NCBI GenBank assembly: GCA_036000225.1
Contig: DASYGC010000353.1
Coordinates: 1 to 26,741, forward strand
Source of the DNA: Ktedonobacterales bacterium
Lineage (GTDB): Bacteria; Chloroflexota; Ktedonobacteria; Ktedonobacterales; JADMIN01
DNA length: 26,741 nt
Reading direction: 5' to 3'
Positions 8,750 through 18,900 of the stretch are shown piece by piece. Both the position numbers and the translations under genes were made by a program. Each line of letters starts with the position of its first letter. Within the stretch, counting starts at the first letter, position 1. The notes below the pieces were generated by a model. It worked only from the letters and a program-made list of their open reading frames with translations, was not told where the DNA came from and searched no databases.

Positions 8750-9423
8750 CGGAAGAGTCGCCTACTCTGTATCCTGAATTGGAGGGTCAGACACCGGGAA
8801 TTGGGCACACATCGCGTGTCCATCGCTCCCTGGTGGCCATGCTCTCTCCGGCATCGGGGTACGCCCTCGGGGGCTTATGGGTGTTCAACCCGCTCGCATG
8901 TGATAACGCCAGATGCGCCCGAACGGCCACACGATGAGACCTATGCGTGAGACGCCGCGGCCCCACGCCGGTACGTGACAATTGCCCGGTGCCGCCGTGG
9001 TACTACTCGTGACTCCTGGGTAAGCTGCCACGTCCAAATGGGCAAGTGGATCACCTCTCCCCTCACCACTCGCGCCAGACACGCCCGTTTGGCCGCATCA
9101 CGATAGCTACTCCAGGATAAGCGCGGCGGACGAACTCCGGCAGCGTGCCCAACAACCTGAGCTGGACCTCCAGCCAGGCGCACGCCAGATGGACCGGAGT
9201 AAGTAGCCAATCGCCACGCCGCCAGGTGTCCGGGCCAACCTTACGCGCCCCCCCTGGCACAGAGCGATGCGGCAGCGCGATACGTCGCATTCACCGCGGC
9301 TCGATCGCTACATCTCGCATGACCGCGGTCACGAGGGCTAGCTGAGCGCACCGTTCCGTGCGTGGATGCGTCCGGCGGCCCAACGTGAGAAGACGCGAGA
9401 CGGAATAGGAAAGGACCAGCGAC

Positions 9424-10089
9424 ATGAGCAATGTGGCCTTGCGCGTCGTGTCCCGCGAGCCGCAACTCCTGGCGGCGGAGCCGGGCCGATGCTATCACAT
9501 CGCCAAGCGCGCGCTGGATATCGTGGGCGCCCTGATGGGGCTGGCGCTGCTCGCGCTGCTACTGCTGCCGTTTGCCCTGCTCATCAAGCGCGAAGATGGT
9601 GGGCCAGTGTGGTATCGGCGCGAGGCGATCGGGCTGGATCGCCAACGCTTCTATGTCCTCAAACTGCGCACCATGCGCCCCGACGCCGATACCTACTTCG
9701 CGCTTCATCCCGAGCTGCAGCGCGAGTTCCTGATCCATTTCAAACTGCGCGATGATCCGCGGGTCACCCGCATCGGGCGCTTCTTGCGGACCAGCAGCCT
9801 GGATGAACTACCGCAAATGCTCAATGTGCTGCGCGGCGAGATGAGCCTGGTTGGCCCGCGCTATGTCCGACCAGAAGAGTTGGCGCGCTACGGTCTGTTT
9901 GCCGTCGAGCGCGTGCGCATGCGTCCAGGTATCACGGGCCTGTGGCAGACCCGTGGGCGCAACGACATTCCCTACACCATGCGCGTCATCTACGATCGCA
10001 CCTACTACTATACCCGTTCGGTGAGCGGCGACATAGGCATCTTACTGGCGACCATTCCGGCTGTGCTGCGGCGACGCGGAGCCTATTAG
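9424..10089 (+). CDS. Priming phosphoglycosyltransferase / bacterial sugar transferase (small PglC/CpsE type)
   Basis: KRALDI, DGGPV, KLRTM, DDPRVTRIGRFLRTSSLDELPQMLNVLRGEMSLVGPR and RPGITGLWQ. An AAGGA RBS is present. Confidence 0.95.
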   Translation: MSNVALRVVSREPQLLAAEPGRCYHIAKRALDIVGALMGLALLALLLLPFALLIKREDGGPVWYRREAIGLDRQRFYVLKLRTMRPDADTYFALHPELQREFLIHFKLRDDPRVTRIGRFLRTSSLDELPQMLNVLRGEMSLVGPRYVRPEELARYGLFAVERVRMRPGITGLWQTRGRNDIPYTMRVIYDRTYYYTRSVSGDIGILLATIPAVLRRRGAY

Positions 10090-10115
10090 CACCAGACTCG
10101 CGAGGGAGAAAGCAG

Positions 10116-11156
10116 ATGATGTGGAACAAGCGCGTGGAGGGGAAGGCTTCCCCACTCCGTGTTCTGTATGTGACCAGCGCGCCTGATACACCCTACATGC
10201 AAGGCTGGTTACGCGCGCTCGCCACCACGCTGGCGGACGCGGGACATGCGCTGCTGGCCGCCTGCCCGGATGGCAGTCTGAGTGGTGATGCCCTGGCGGA
10301 GGACATGACGGGGCAACCCGCCTATGTGTACGCCACCATTGGGCGCTGGGACGACGTGGGCGGGTGGCTGCATTGGATGACGCTGGTGCGTCGTTACCGT
10401 CCCGACAGCGTGCACCTCGCGCCCGATCTGGATCTGGGCACCGCGACCCGTCTGGCGCTGGCCACTCGCCTCATGCGACCGGTCACGCTGGCGGCTGAAG
10501 CCAGGCAGGCCGCCGTACAACCCCGCGCGCCTCAGCGGGAGAGCGGACCCCAGGGTCAGTGGGTAGATAGCCACCGACCGCTAACGTGTGGCGCGGCGCG
10601 GCCTGATGGTCTGTCTGCCCAGGCGCATGCACGCGAGGGAGCGCATAGCTGGAAGCGTAGGACACATGCGCTGTGCGCATGGCTGTTCTATCGCGTCCTC
10701 GTCACGCAGATCCTCTGCGCTGATGTGCAGACGGCACGGGAGCTCATTCGGACGTACCGCGTCGCTCCCGCGCGCATCAGTCTGCTGTACAGCGGCGGAG
10801 CGGAGGCGCCACATCGGTCGCCTGGTCGCTCGGCCGCCGCGGCGCACACGGGCCAGCGTGCGTGGCGGGCGCCGATCACCGCACCGCAACGTGCCCGCCG
10901 CCTGGTCGCGCTCTTTGAGGTGTTGCGCACTCGTGATCTACCGCAGCCACAACCACAACCACAACTACAGCCAATTACCGCGCCCGAGCGCGCCATACGC
11001 CCCGCGACGAGCCCGCACCCGCGCATCGCATCGCCCCGGCTGGCCGCAGTCGCGGGGCAGGAGATCGAAGCCGCTGCGCCCGCTGGTCGTGCGCTGGTGT
11101 TGGGTGGATCGCGCGCGACCCTCGCAATGATGATCCGGCGTACCGACGCCCGGTGA
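10116..11156 (+). CDS. GT-B (GT4-like) protein retaining only the N-terminal domain; non-catalytic or degenerate
   Basis: LRVLYVT..., RRYRPDSVHL and QILCADVQTARELIRTYRVAPARISLLYSG resemble the GT4 N-domain. No C-terminal nucleotide-sugar domain (no E-x7-E) is present. A GAGGGAG RBS precedes ATG 10116. Confidence 0.55.
   Translation: MMWNKRVEGKASPLRVLYVTSAPDTPYMQGWLRALATTLADAGHALLAACPDGSLSGDALAEDMTGQPAYVYATIGRWDDVGGWLHWMTLVRRYRPDSVHLAPDLDLGTATRLALATRLMRPVTLAAEARQAAVQPRAPQRESGPQGQWVDSHRPLTCGAARPDGLSAQAHAREGAHSWKRRTHALCAWLFYRVLVTQILCADVQTARELIRTYRVAPARISLLYSGGAEAPHRSPGRSAAAAHTGQRAWRAPITAPQRARRLVALFEVLRTRDLPQPQPQPQLQPITAPERAIRPATSPHPRIASPRLAAVAGQEIEAAAPAGRALVLGGSRATLAMMIRRTDAR
10944..10973 (+). 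repeat. Hexanucleotide tandem repeat (CA[AG]C[CT]A) x5 encoding QPQPQPQLQP
   Basis: cagcca caacca caacca caacta cagcca. Confidence 0.8.
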
Positions 11157-11169
11157 AGGAGAACCGTCC

Positions 11170-12435
11170 ATGGAATCCAATCGCCAACGCCCGCGTGTCC
11201 TCCTGCTGTCCCAGTTGGTGGTCTATCCGGCGGACAATGGGCCGCGCGCCAAGACATTGCAAGTGCTCCGGCGTCTGTGCGCGCGCTATGACGTCACCTT
11301 CTGCGCCTTCGCGCGCGACGACCAGGAGGCGCGCAACGCGGATGCCCTGCGCGGCATTTGCCACCGTGTGGAGACCGTGCCACTGCGGCGCACGTTGCCT
11401 GGCGAGGCGCGCTTTCTGATCGAGAGTCTGATCACCGGCGATTCGTACGTGCTGCATCGCGACGAACGCCCGGCGATGCGCGAGATGGTTCGCCGCCTGC
11501 TCGATGAGGAACAGATCGACGTGCTGCACGTCGATCAACTCAACATGATGCGCTACGTCCCGCGCGACTGGCCGGGCACGGTCATCCTGGACGAGCACAA
11601 CGCCGTGTGGCAGGTGGTGGATCGCCTGCGGCAGGGGACCCGCGACCCGCTGCGCCGCTGGATGCTGGGACGTGAGGTGCGTTTGATGCGCCAGATCGAA
11701 GGGGCGGCTTGCGAATGGGCCAGCCTGGTGCTGACGGTGAGCGAGCCAGATCGCGCGGCGCTCGCCGCGGTGGCGGGGGCCACGAGCGCGCCGGTGGCGC
11801 TGGTGCCCATCGCCGTAGACGCCGCCGCGTGCGCGCTGGTGCGCGCCAAACGGCGTCCAGAGGCCGCGCGCCTGCTCACGATCGCGACGCTCTACTGGCC
11901 CCCCAACAGCGAGGGCATCGCCTGGTGGCTGCGCGAAGGGTTCGCCAGCTTAGCGGCGCGCTGCCCCGAGGTGGTCTACGACATTGCCGGTGCGCGCCCA
12001 CCACGCGCGCTGCGCGCGGAGGTCGCGCGCCACCCTGGCGCGCGCCTGCATGGCTATGTGGCGGATGCGGCGCCGTATTGGATGGCGGCCACCGCGCTGG
12101 TGGTGCCGCTGCTCTCGGGTGGTGGGGTGCGGGTGAAGATTCTGGAGGCGATGGCCATGGGCGTGCCTGTGATTTCAACGTCGGTCGGCTGCGAGGGGCT
12201 GGCGGTGCGCGACGGCGAGCACCTGCTGGTGGCCGATACGCCTGAAGCCATCGCGGCGGCCGGCGCCCGGCTGATCGGCGATCCCGCGCTGGCGCAACGC
12301 CTGGCGCGGCGGGCCTATCAACTGGTGTGCGAGCACTATGATGTGCCAATCGCGCTCGCGGCGCTGGATGCCGCTTACGCGAGCGTGCTGGCCAGCCGAG
12401 GTGAGGAGGCGAACGCATGCGCATTGCCTTTGTAA
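11170..12435 (+). CDS. Glycosyltransferase family 4
   Basis: LVVPLLSGGGVRVKILEAMAMGVPVISTSVGCEGL donor-binding motif and N-terminal PADNG...KT motif. An AAGGAG RBS is present. Confidence 0.92.
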   Translation: MESNRQRPRVLLLSQLVVYPADNGPRAKTLQVLRRLCARYDVTFCAFARDDQEARNADALRGICHRVETVPLRRTLPGEARFLIESLITGDSYVLHRDERPAMREMVRRLLDEEQIDVLHVDQLNMMRYVPRDWPGTVILDEHNAVWQVVDRLRQGTRDPLRRWMLGREVRLMRQIEGAACEWASLVLTVSEPDRAALAAVAGATSAPVALVPIAVDAAACALVRAKRRPEAARLLTIATLYWPPNSEGIAWWLREGFASLAARCPEVVYDIAGARPPRALRAEVARHPGARLHGYVADAAPYWMAATALVVPLLSGGGVRVKILEAMAMGVPVISTSVGCEGLAVRDGEHLLVADTPEAIAAAGARLIGDPALAQRLARRAYQLVCEHYDVPIALAALDAAYASVLASRGEEANACALPL

Positions 12436-13667
12436 CCGCCTATCCGCCCTCGCTGGTGCGGGTGCGCGCGTACGCCTTTGTGCGCGAGCTGGCCCGCGAA
12501 CACGAGGTGACCGTGGTCTGTGCCTGCCATACAGCCCGCGAGCAGGCGGATGTGGCGGCGCTGCGCGCGCAAGGGGTGCGGGTCGTCGCGGTGCGCACGC
12601 CAGGCTGGAGCGCAGCGGCCCACGCGACCGGCGCGCTGTTGCTGGGTGAATCGCTGCAGGTGGCCCATGGCGCCGCGACGGCGTTGCGGCGCGCGGTAGG
12701 GGATCTGGTTGCCACGGGCGCGATTGACGTGGTGCATGCCGAGCATCTGCGCACCATTGCCAGCGTGCGCGATCTCCCCGTGCCCGTGGTGTGGGATGCG
12801 GTGGACTGCATCAGCCAGTTGTATGAGCTAGGCGCGCGCCACGGTGCCACACCAATGATGCGTCTGATCGGCCGACTGGAGGCCCAGCGCGCGCGGCGCG
12901 AAGAGCAATTGCTGCTGCACTCATTGCGCCATGTGCTCGTCACCACCGGACGCGACCGCCGGGCGCTGCGCCGGGTATGGGAGGAGACGCGCTCGCCCGA
13001 ACTGCGCCGGAGCGATATCGCTCCCTGGCGCGCGGCGGCGGTGCATGTGGTACGCAACGGAGTAGACCTGAAGTACTTTATACCGGGCCAGTGGACCCGC
13101 CAGGCCAATCTGCTCGTCTTGAGTGGCAAGATGAGTTTCCACGCCAATGTCGCGGCGGCTGAACTCCTCGCTCACGAGATTATGCCGCGCATCTGGGAGC
13201 GACGACCCGACGTTCGGCTGCTCATCGCCGGCAGCGACCCCCCCCGCGCGGTGCAGGCGCTGGGTGCCGATCCCCGAATTGCCGTCACGGGCTATCTGTC
13301 CGACCTGCGGCCCGCCCTCGCGGGCGCTGCCATTGCCGTCAGCCCGACACCGTATGCCGTCGGCGTACAGAACAAGGTGCTCGAAGCGCTGGCCCTGGGC
13401 ACACCAGTGGTTGCCATGCCCGCCGCGGTCGGCGGTCTGAGCGCCATCGCCGGACGTGATCTACTGGTGGCCGGCACCGCCCACTCCTTTGCCCGCACCG
13501 TGGTCGAACTGCTGGATGATGCCTATCAGCGCGCCGCACTGGCACACGCCGGCCGCCAGTACGTCGAACGCTATCACAGCTGGTCCGGCGCCGGGCGGCA
13601 ATTGGCCCAGGTCTACGCGCTGGCCATCGCCGCCTGCCAGCATGGGCGGCTCGACGCTGCCGGTTGA
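12417..13667 (+). CDS. Glycosyltransferase family 4
   Basis: VRNGVDL, SGKMSFHANV and GVQNKVLEALALGTPVVA. A GAGGAGG RBS is present, and the gene overlaps the previous one by 19 bp. Confidence 0.92.
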   Translation: MRIAFVTAYPPSLVRVRAYAFVRELAREHEVTVVCACHTAREQADVAALRAQGVRVVAVRTPGWSAAAHATGALLLGESLQVAHGAATALRRAVGDLVATGAIDVVHAEHLRTIASVRDLPVPVVWDAVDCISQLYELGARHGATPMMRLIGRLEAQRARREEQLLLHSLRHVLVTTGRDRRALRRVWEETRSPELRRSDIAPWRAAAVHVVRNGVDLKYFIPGQWTRQANLLVLSGKMSFHANVAAAELLAHEIMPRIWERRPDVRLLIAGSDPPRAVQALGADPRIAVTGYLSDLRPALAGAAIAVSPTPYAVGVQNKVLEALALGTPVVAMPAAVGGLSAIAGRDLLVAGTAHSFARTVVELLDDAYQRAALAHAGRQYVERYHSWSGAGRQLAQVYALAIAACQHGRLDAAG

Positions 13668-13682
13668 TACCGAGTCCTTTCT

Positions 13683-13743
13683 GCCCGCGCGGGCGGGCAT
13701 CACAGCCATGCGGTCAGCCATGCGGTCGCAGCGACCCGGTCGC
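13683..13743. repeat. Intergenic palindromes plus 12-bp tandem duplication
   Basis: gcccgcgcgggc is a perfect palindrome (13683-13694), cagccatgcggt occurs twice (13703-13726), and gcgacc-c-ggtcgc spans 13731-13743. Confidence 0.7.
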
Positions 13744-13802
13744 AACCGCCCACACCGAGCGGGTCTGGAAGCCAGAACCCACGGATTGAGAGGAACCTCG
13801 CT

Positions 13803-15854
13803 ATGGAAAGCCACCCCAAGCAAAGCGATACCCGGCGGTATCTGGCGATGGCCAGGCGCTGGTGGGGCCTGCTGCTGGCAGGCATGATCATCACGGCGGT
13901 GGGCGCGCTCGCCTTCAGCCTGGTGGAGCATCCCGTCTACAAAGCCGAGGCCGTGCTGGTCGTTGACCAGCGATCGGCGGGGCAGAGCAGCTACGACAAT
14001 GTGCTGACCAGCGATCAGCTCACGACGACGTATGTGACGCTGATCACACAGCCCACCGTGCTGCAGGCAGCCGCCGCACAGGTGTCTGGCACCGATCCGT
14101 TGGTGTTGGCCCATCATGTGACCGTCACGGCCCCAAGCAATACACAACTGATTCAGATTGATGTGGACGACACGAATGCCCCGCGCGCCGCTGATCTGGC
14201 GAACGCGGTGGCCAATGCGTTTGTCACGCAGGAACAGCAACAACTGTCCATTGCGCTGACCACCTCGCATCAACAGTTGCTGGTGCAATTGGCCGCGGCG
14301 AACACCAGCGTCCAAACGCTGACCAGCCAGTTGGCGCACCTGCAGGCGGTCGCGCCAAACAGTCCGCAAATCGCCCAACTGCAACTCCAGTTGGCCCAGG
14401 CCACCGCCCGACAGCAGACGCTGCAGGATGTCTCCAATCAACTCGCCGCGCAGGATGTGGGCGCCAATACGAATATCGGCATCTTTCAGTCAGCCACGCC
14501 ACCCCTCCAACCCGACCACCCACGCCCGCTCATCAACACGTTGGTCGGTGCGCTGGCCGGATTGCTGCTCGCGGCAGGTGTGGTACTCTTCCGTGAGTAT
14601 GTGGATGACCGCGTGGATACCGAGGAGAAGGTGCGGTCGCTGCTCGATCTGCCCACCCTGGCGCAGATCGCCAACCTGGCGCACCGGACACCAGTGCTGA
14701 CCGACGCCGCACGGATGGATCTGGCCGAGAGCTATCGCATCCTGCGCACCAATCTCAGTTTCACCACGCTCGACCGCCCCCTGCGCACCATCGTCATCAC
14801 CAGCGCGCTGCCCGGCGAAGGCAAGAGCGTGACCGCCATCAACATCGCGCTATCGCTCGCGCAGGCCGGCAAGCGGGTGCTCTTGATCGATGCCGATCTG
14901 CGCCGCCCCTCGATCCACCACCTGCTCAAACTCAACAATCAGAGCAGCGGACTGTCGCTGCGGCTGCTGGATCGCCAGCGCGATAGCGACACGCAGACCC
15001 TGTTCGCCACCGTACCCCATGTGCCTAACTTGCTCGTCGTGCCGGCTGGCCCGACACCACCCAATCCGACCGAGTTGCTCGCATCGCACCGGCTGCAGTC
15101 CTTCCTCGCGCAGATGCTGCGTGGTGGCGCGGGCCTGGCGCCCTTCGACATCATCATCCTCGACACGCCACCGGTTGGGCTGTTCGCCGATGCCAGTGTG
15201 GTGTCCGCCGAAGCTGACGGCACGCTGCTGGTCGTCAACGCCCAGCGAACGCGCCAGGCGCAGGCGCTCCAGGCGCGCGAGGCGCTGGGGCGGGTCAACG
15301 CCCACGTACTGGGCGTCGTCCTCAATCGGGTCAAGGCCGTCGGTCAGGGTGCCTATGGTGTCTATCGCGCCTCGTATGCTTCCGGGCGGCGTGCAACGAA
15401 CGGAGAGTGGGCCAGTTTCGAAGATGATCCCGTTGAGCTTGCCGTCGACCCGGCCGGTGGTGTCGTGGGTCTGACCGACCTGGCGCGATCCGCCGTCCCA
15501 GCGGCGATCCCAGCGGCGATCCCAGCCGCGATCCCAGCCGTACCCCAACTGGCGGATGAGTCTCTCCCCGCTGGCGAGACCAACGGCGAGACCAACGGCG
15601 AGGCGCGCGCCAAAGCGAACGACAAAGCGAACGACAAGGCCGACGACAACGGCCACCGGGCCGGCAAAAATATCGCCGCCCTGCGCGCGAACCAGGCCAT
15701 GCGCGATGCGGTGCGCCACGGGCGCCTCCAGGCGCTCGACCAGTCCCTGACGAGTCTGGTAGTTGAGGCCCGCAAGGGTCAGTCCAACGGCCAGTCCAAC
15801 GGCCACTCTAATGGCCATGGACCCGCGATTGACGGCGGCGCTTCGCTCGGATAG
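13803..15854 (+). CDS. wzc: Wzc-type polysaccharide co-polymerase fused to a BY-kinase (CpsC+CpsD/CapB architecture)
   Basis: Wzz-like N-terminus with two TM segments and a coiled coil, AESYRILRTNL, Walker A SALPGEGKS, Walker A' IDADLRRP, Walker B IIILDTPP and Tyr cluster GAYGVYRASY. Confidence 0.93.
   Translation: MESHPKQSDTRRYLAMARRWWGLLLAGMIITAVGALAFSLVEHPVYKAEAVLVVDQRSAGQSSYDNVLTSDQLTTTYVTLITQPTVLQAAAAQVSGTDPLVLAHHVTVTAPSNTQLIQIDVDDTNAPRAADLANAVANAFVTQEQQQLSIALTTSHQQLLVQLAAANTSVQTLTSQLAHLQAVAPNSPQIAQLQLQLAQATARQQTLQDVSNQLAAQDVGANTNIGIFQSATPPLQPDHPRPLINTLVGALAGLLLAAGVVLFREYVDDRVDTEEKVRSLLDLPTLAQIANLAHRTPVLTDAARMDLAESYRILRTNLSFTTLDRPLRTIVITSALPGEGKSVTAINIALSLAQAGKRVLLIDADLRRPSIHHLLKLNNQSSGLSLRLLDRQRDSDTQTLFATVPHVPNLLVVPAGPTPPNPTELLASHRLQSFLAQMLRGGAGLAPFDIIILDTPPVGLFADASVVSAEADGTLLVVNAQRTRQAQALQAREALGRVNAHVLGVVLNRVKAVGQGAYGVYRASYASGRRATNGEWASFEDDPVELAVDPAGGVVGLTDLARSAVPAAIPAAIPAAIPAVPQLADESLPAGETNGETNGEARAKANDKANDKADDNGHRAGKNIAALRANQAMRDAVRHGRLQALDQSLTSLVVEARKGQSNGQSNGHSNGHGPAIDGGASLG
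15497..15818 (+). repeat. Four separate 12-bp tandem arrays in the wzc 3' tail
   Basis: cccagc[gc]gcgat x3.7 (15497-15540), ggcgagaccaac x2.5 (15573-15602), aaagcgaacgac x2 plus variant (15612-15647), and ggtcagtccaac/ggccagtccaac/ggccactctaat (15777-15818). Confidence 0.85.
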
Positions 15855-15940
15855 TGATGAACCATCGCGCCAGGCGCGCCGCGGAAGCGGAGAGGCGCCC
15901 GGCGCACGCGGAATGATACGCGACAGCATTGGAGGACGGT

Positions 15941-18900
15941 GTGGCAACGAGCCCATCGGCGACGGGGACCATGCCCCCCAGCCAGCGGACCGGACCAGAT
16001 ACCCGCGGCGCCCGGCGCGCCACGCTGGTGCAGATGGCCGCGTACCTCATCACCATCCCGATCTCGATCCCCGCCAATATCCTGCTGGCACGCTATCTTG
16101 GCCCCGCGCAATTCGGCGATTATACCTGGGCGATGCTGGTGCTCTCGTTCTTCGCGCTGTTCTCGACCATGGGCACCGAGCAGATCATCGTGCGTGACCT
16201 GAGCACCAGCGAGCGCTCGGCCTGGCCGGCGGTGATGACCACGGCGATTGGGCTGCGGCTGGTCACCTCCACAGTGGCCCTGGCGCTGTGCTGGGGGGTG
16301 ACCTTGCTGCTGCCGATCTCGGCCAACCAGCGCCTGCTGGTGCTGGCGGCCAGTGGCACCCTGCTGTTCAGCTTCCAGTTTTCGAGCAGCCTGAAGACGA
16401 CCTTTGATCTGGGCTTCCGCTCCGAGCAGCACATGCTCACACCCGCCGCGTTGCTGGCCATCGATCGGGTGGTGACGGCGCTGCTGATCGGCGTTGGCGT
16501 GTGGCTCAAGCTCCCGTTGTTCTGGCTGGCGTTGTTCATCGTTTACTCCGACGTGCCGTTCTTCGTGCTGCTGGCGCTGGCCAGCTGGCGCGCGCATGGC
16601 TGGCGTATCCGGCTTCCCCACTGGCGCGAGTTCGCGCAATTGCGGATCAGCCTGCCGCTGATGCTGGACAATACCCTGAGTTTCATCCATCACCGGGCCG
16701 ACATCTTTCTGCTTGCCGCCATCTCGGGACCCTTCAGTGTCGGCATCTACGCCGCCGCGCAGCGGGTGCTGGATCCGCTGGGCTCGGCGATCAACATGTT
16801 CTGTACCTCTTTCTATCCCGCGCTGGCTTCAGCGCGCGAGCAATCGCCCACCTCCTTCGCCCGCACGCTGACCACCGGGTTGAGCTATGTGCTACTGGCG
16901 CTGGCGCCACTCGCGGTTGTGCTTACCTTGCGCGACCGCGAGGTGGTGGCGCTGCTCTATGGCGCGAAATACGCCGGATCGGCGTTGCCACTGGCCCTGC
17001 TGATGTGGGCGCTGGTCGCGGTCGCGGTCATGGAGGTGGTCTACTCCGCCTGCCTGGCGGCACGCATGGAGCGCTTTGTTCCCTGGGTATCGGGGCTGGC
17101 GATGGTTGGCAACCTCAGCCTGAACGCGCTGCTGCTGCCGCACTGGGGCGCAACGGGGGCGGCCTGGTCCACGCTGGGCAGCGAATCGCTGCAGGGGCTG
17201 GTGCTCGGGGTCGCCCTGGCACGACGCGAGCGCACACTGCCCTACCTGCGCCCTCTGGCACGCATTGTCATCTGTCAGGTGCTCCTGGCGGCCATCCTGC
17301 TGGTGGGCCAGCGCGTGCCGCTGCTCATGCTGTTGCCGCTGGCCACGGTGGGCTATCTGCTCGCGGCCAATGCCACCGGAGCGTTACCGCTGCGGCCCGC
17401 GCTGGTTCAGACGCACGCCACCCTGATCGAGTTGCGCCAGCGCCTGGCGCGAACCGGCCACGGCGGCGCGTGGGCGAGCGGACCGGCCTTGAACGGATTG
17501 GCCACACTGGCCGCGAGTGGCGCGTGGGGCGTGGGAGTGCTGGACGCCCTTCCCAGTCGCCTATTCGCCGTCAGCTGGCAAGCGCGCTTCCACCGCTGGC
17601 TCGTTGCGGCCCAGGGGTCGTGGCCATCGCTGGGCCATGCGTTCACCTCCACCACGACACAGGTGGCGCCGGCCTACGCGTACGCCTCAGGCAACGCGAG
17701 TGTGCCGGGGCGTCTCACGACCTTCGAACTCGCGCTGGTGCATGCGGCCGCCGGGCCCCGCGGTCGCCTGCCACGGTGGCCAGGCCTGCCCGGCTGGGCC
17801 ACCACACTCGCGCTGGGCGCCCTCTGCCTCAGTTCCAGCGTGGCTATCAGTCTGAATCCGAAGCTGGCCGGCGCGGCGCTGATCGCCCTGGTGCTGCTGG
17901 CGCTGACCTGGCAGTTTCCCATGGAAGCGCTGATCGGCATGGCGCTGGTGCTCCCATTTTACGACTTCATGCTCCAGGTGCTGCGGCTGAAGCTTGGACT
18001 GAGCGGTACGGAGTTGCTCGCGGCGCAATCGCTCAAGGAAGTGGTGTTGGTGGTCGCCATCGTCGCCACACTGCTGCGAAACGTCCGCACCCGCACGGCC
18101 AGTGGGCGCTGGAGCCTGAGCGGTGTGCTGGTGCTGGGCATCGTGGCACTCACCATCGCGTGGATGCCGCTGGCCTATTCCACGACGATCGCGCTCTATG
18201 GCGCGCGCTCGATGCTCGAACCGTTTGTCTTCTGGCTGGCGGTCTATCTGGCCCGCCCCGACGCGCGACGCATCCAGCAAATGGTCTCCGGGCTGATCGT
18301 CGTCGCCACCATCAGTTCGCTGTTCGCGATCTTCCAGCACTTCTTCTGGAAGAGCTTCTACCTGGCCTACGACTACAATGGCGCGACCACCTGGGCCGGT
18401 GGTAATTTCTACGCGGTGGGGTTGAATGTCGATCGCTCATCAGCCTTTATGGCCTTGCCGCAGGAGTTCGGCGCCTATCTGATGCTGGCCATCGCGCTCA
18501 CCGTGAGCTGGCTTGTCGCGACGCGCCGCGCGCGACTGTTCGTGCCACTGATCATCATGGTCGGCGGACTGCTTGTCACCTTCCAGCGCAGTTCGTGGAT
18601 CGGCACCGTCGTCGCGCTGCTGGTGTTCCTCTGGCTCGCCATTCAGACGCGACGCTGGCGCCATCCCCTGCTGGTAGTGGGTCTGGTGGGCGCGGTGCTG
18701 GCCGTGGTTGCCGTGATCGTCGTGGCGCGTATTGACGTGGCCCAGATGCTCTCCGCCACGCTGACCCTGAACGATCCGAGCGCCCACGCGCATTACACCG
18801 AACTGTTCAACGATGGGCCGCGGCTGATCGGCGCCAATCCCTTTGGCCTGGGCACGGGTATGAGCGGTGTACGCACCGAGTCGTTCACCGCCAACCTCGG

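Noticed and set aside
8750-9423. Small ORFs and an ops/JUMPStart element in the divergent intergenic region
   Set aside because: No ORF has an RBS plus recognisable content, and no GGCGGTAG ops core was seen.
9942-10115. Longer upstream starts from the ORF track (9942; also 2634, 5513, 19185, 20411, 21169, 24656)
   Set aside because: They overlap neighbouring genes or lack an RBS. Downstream starts have SD sequences or stop/start overlaps and match family N-termini.
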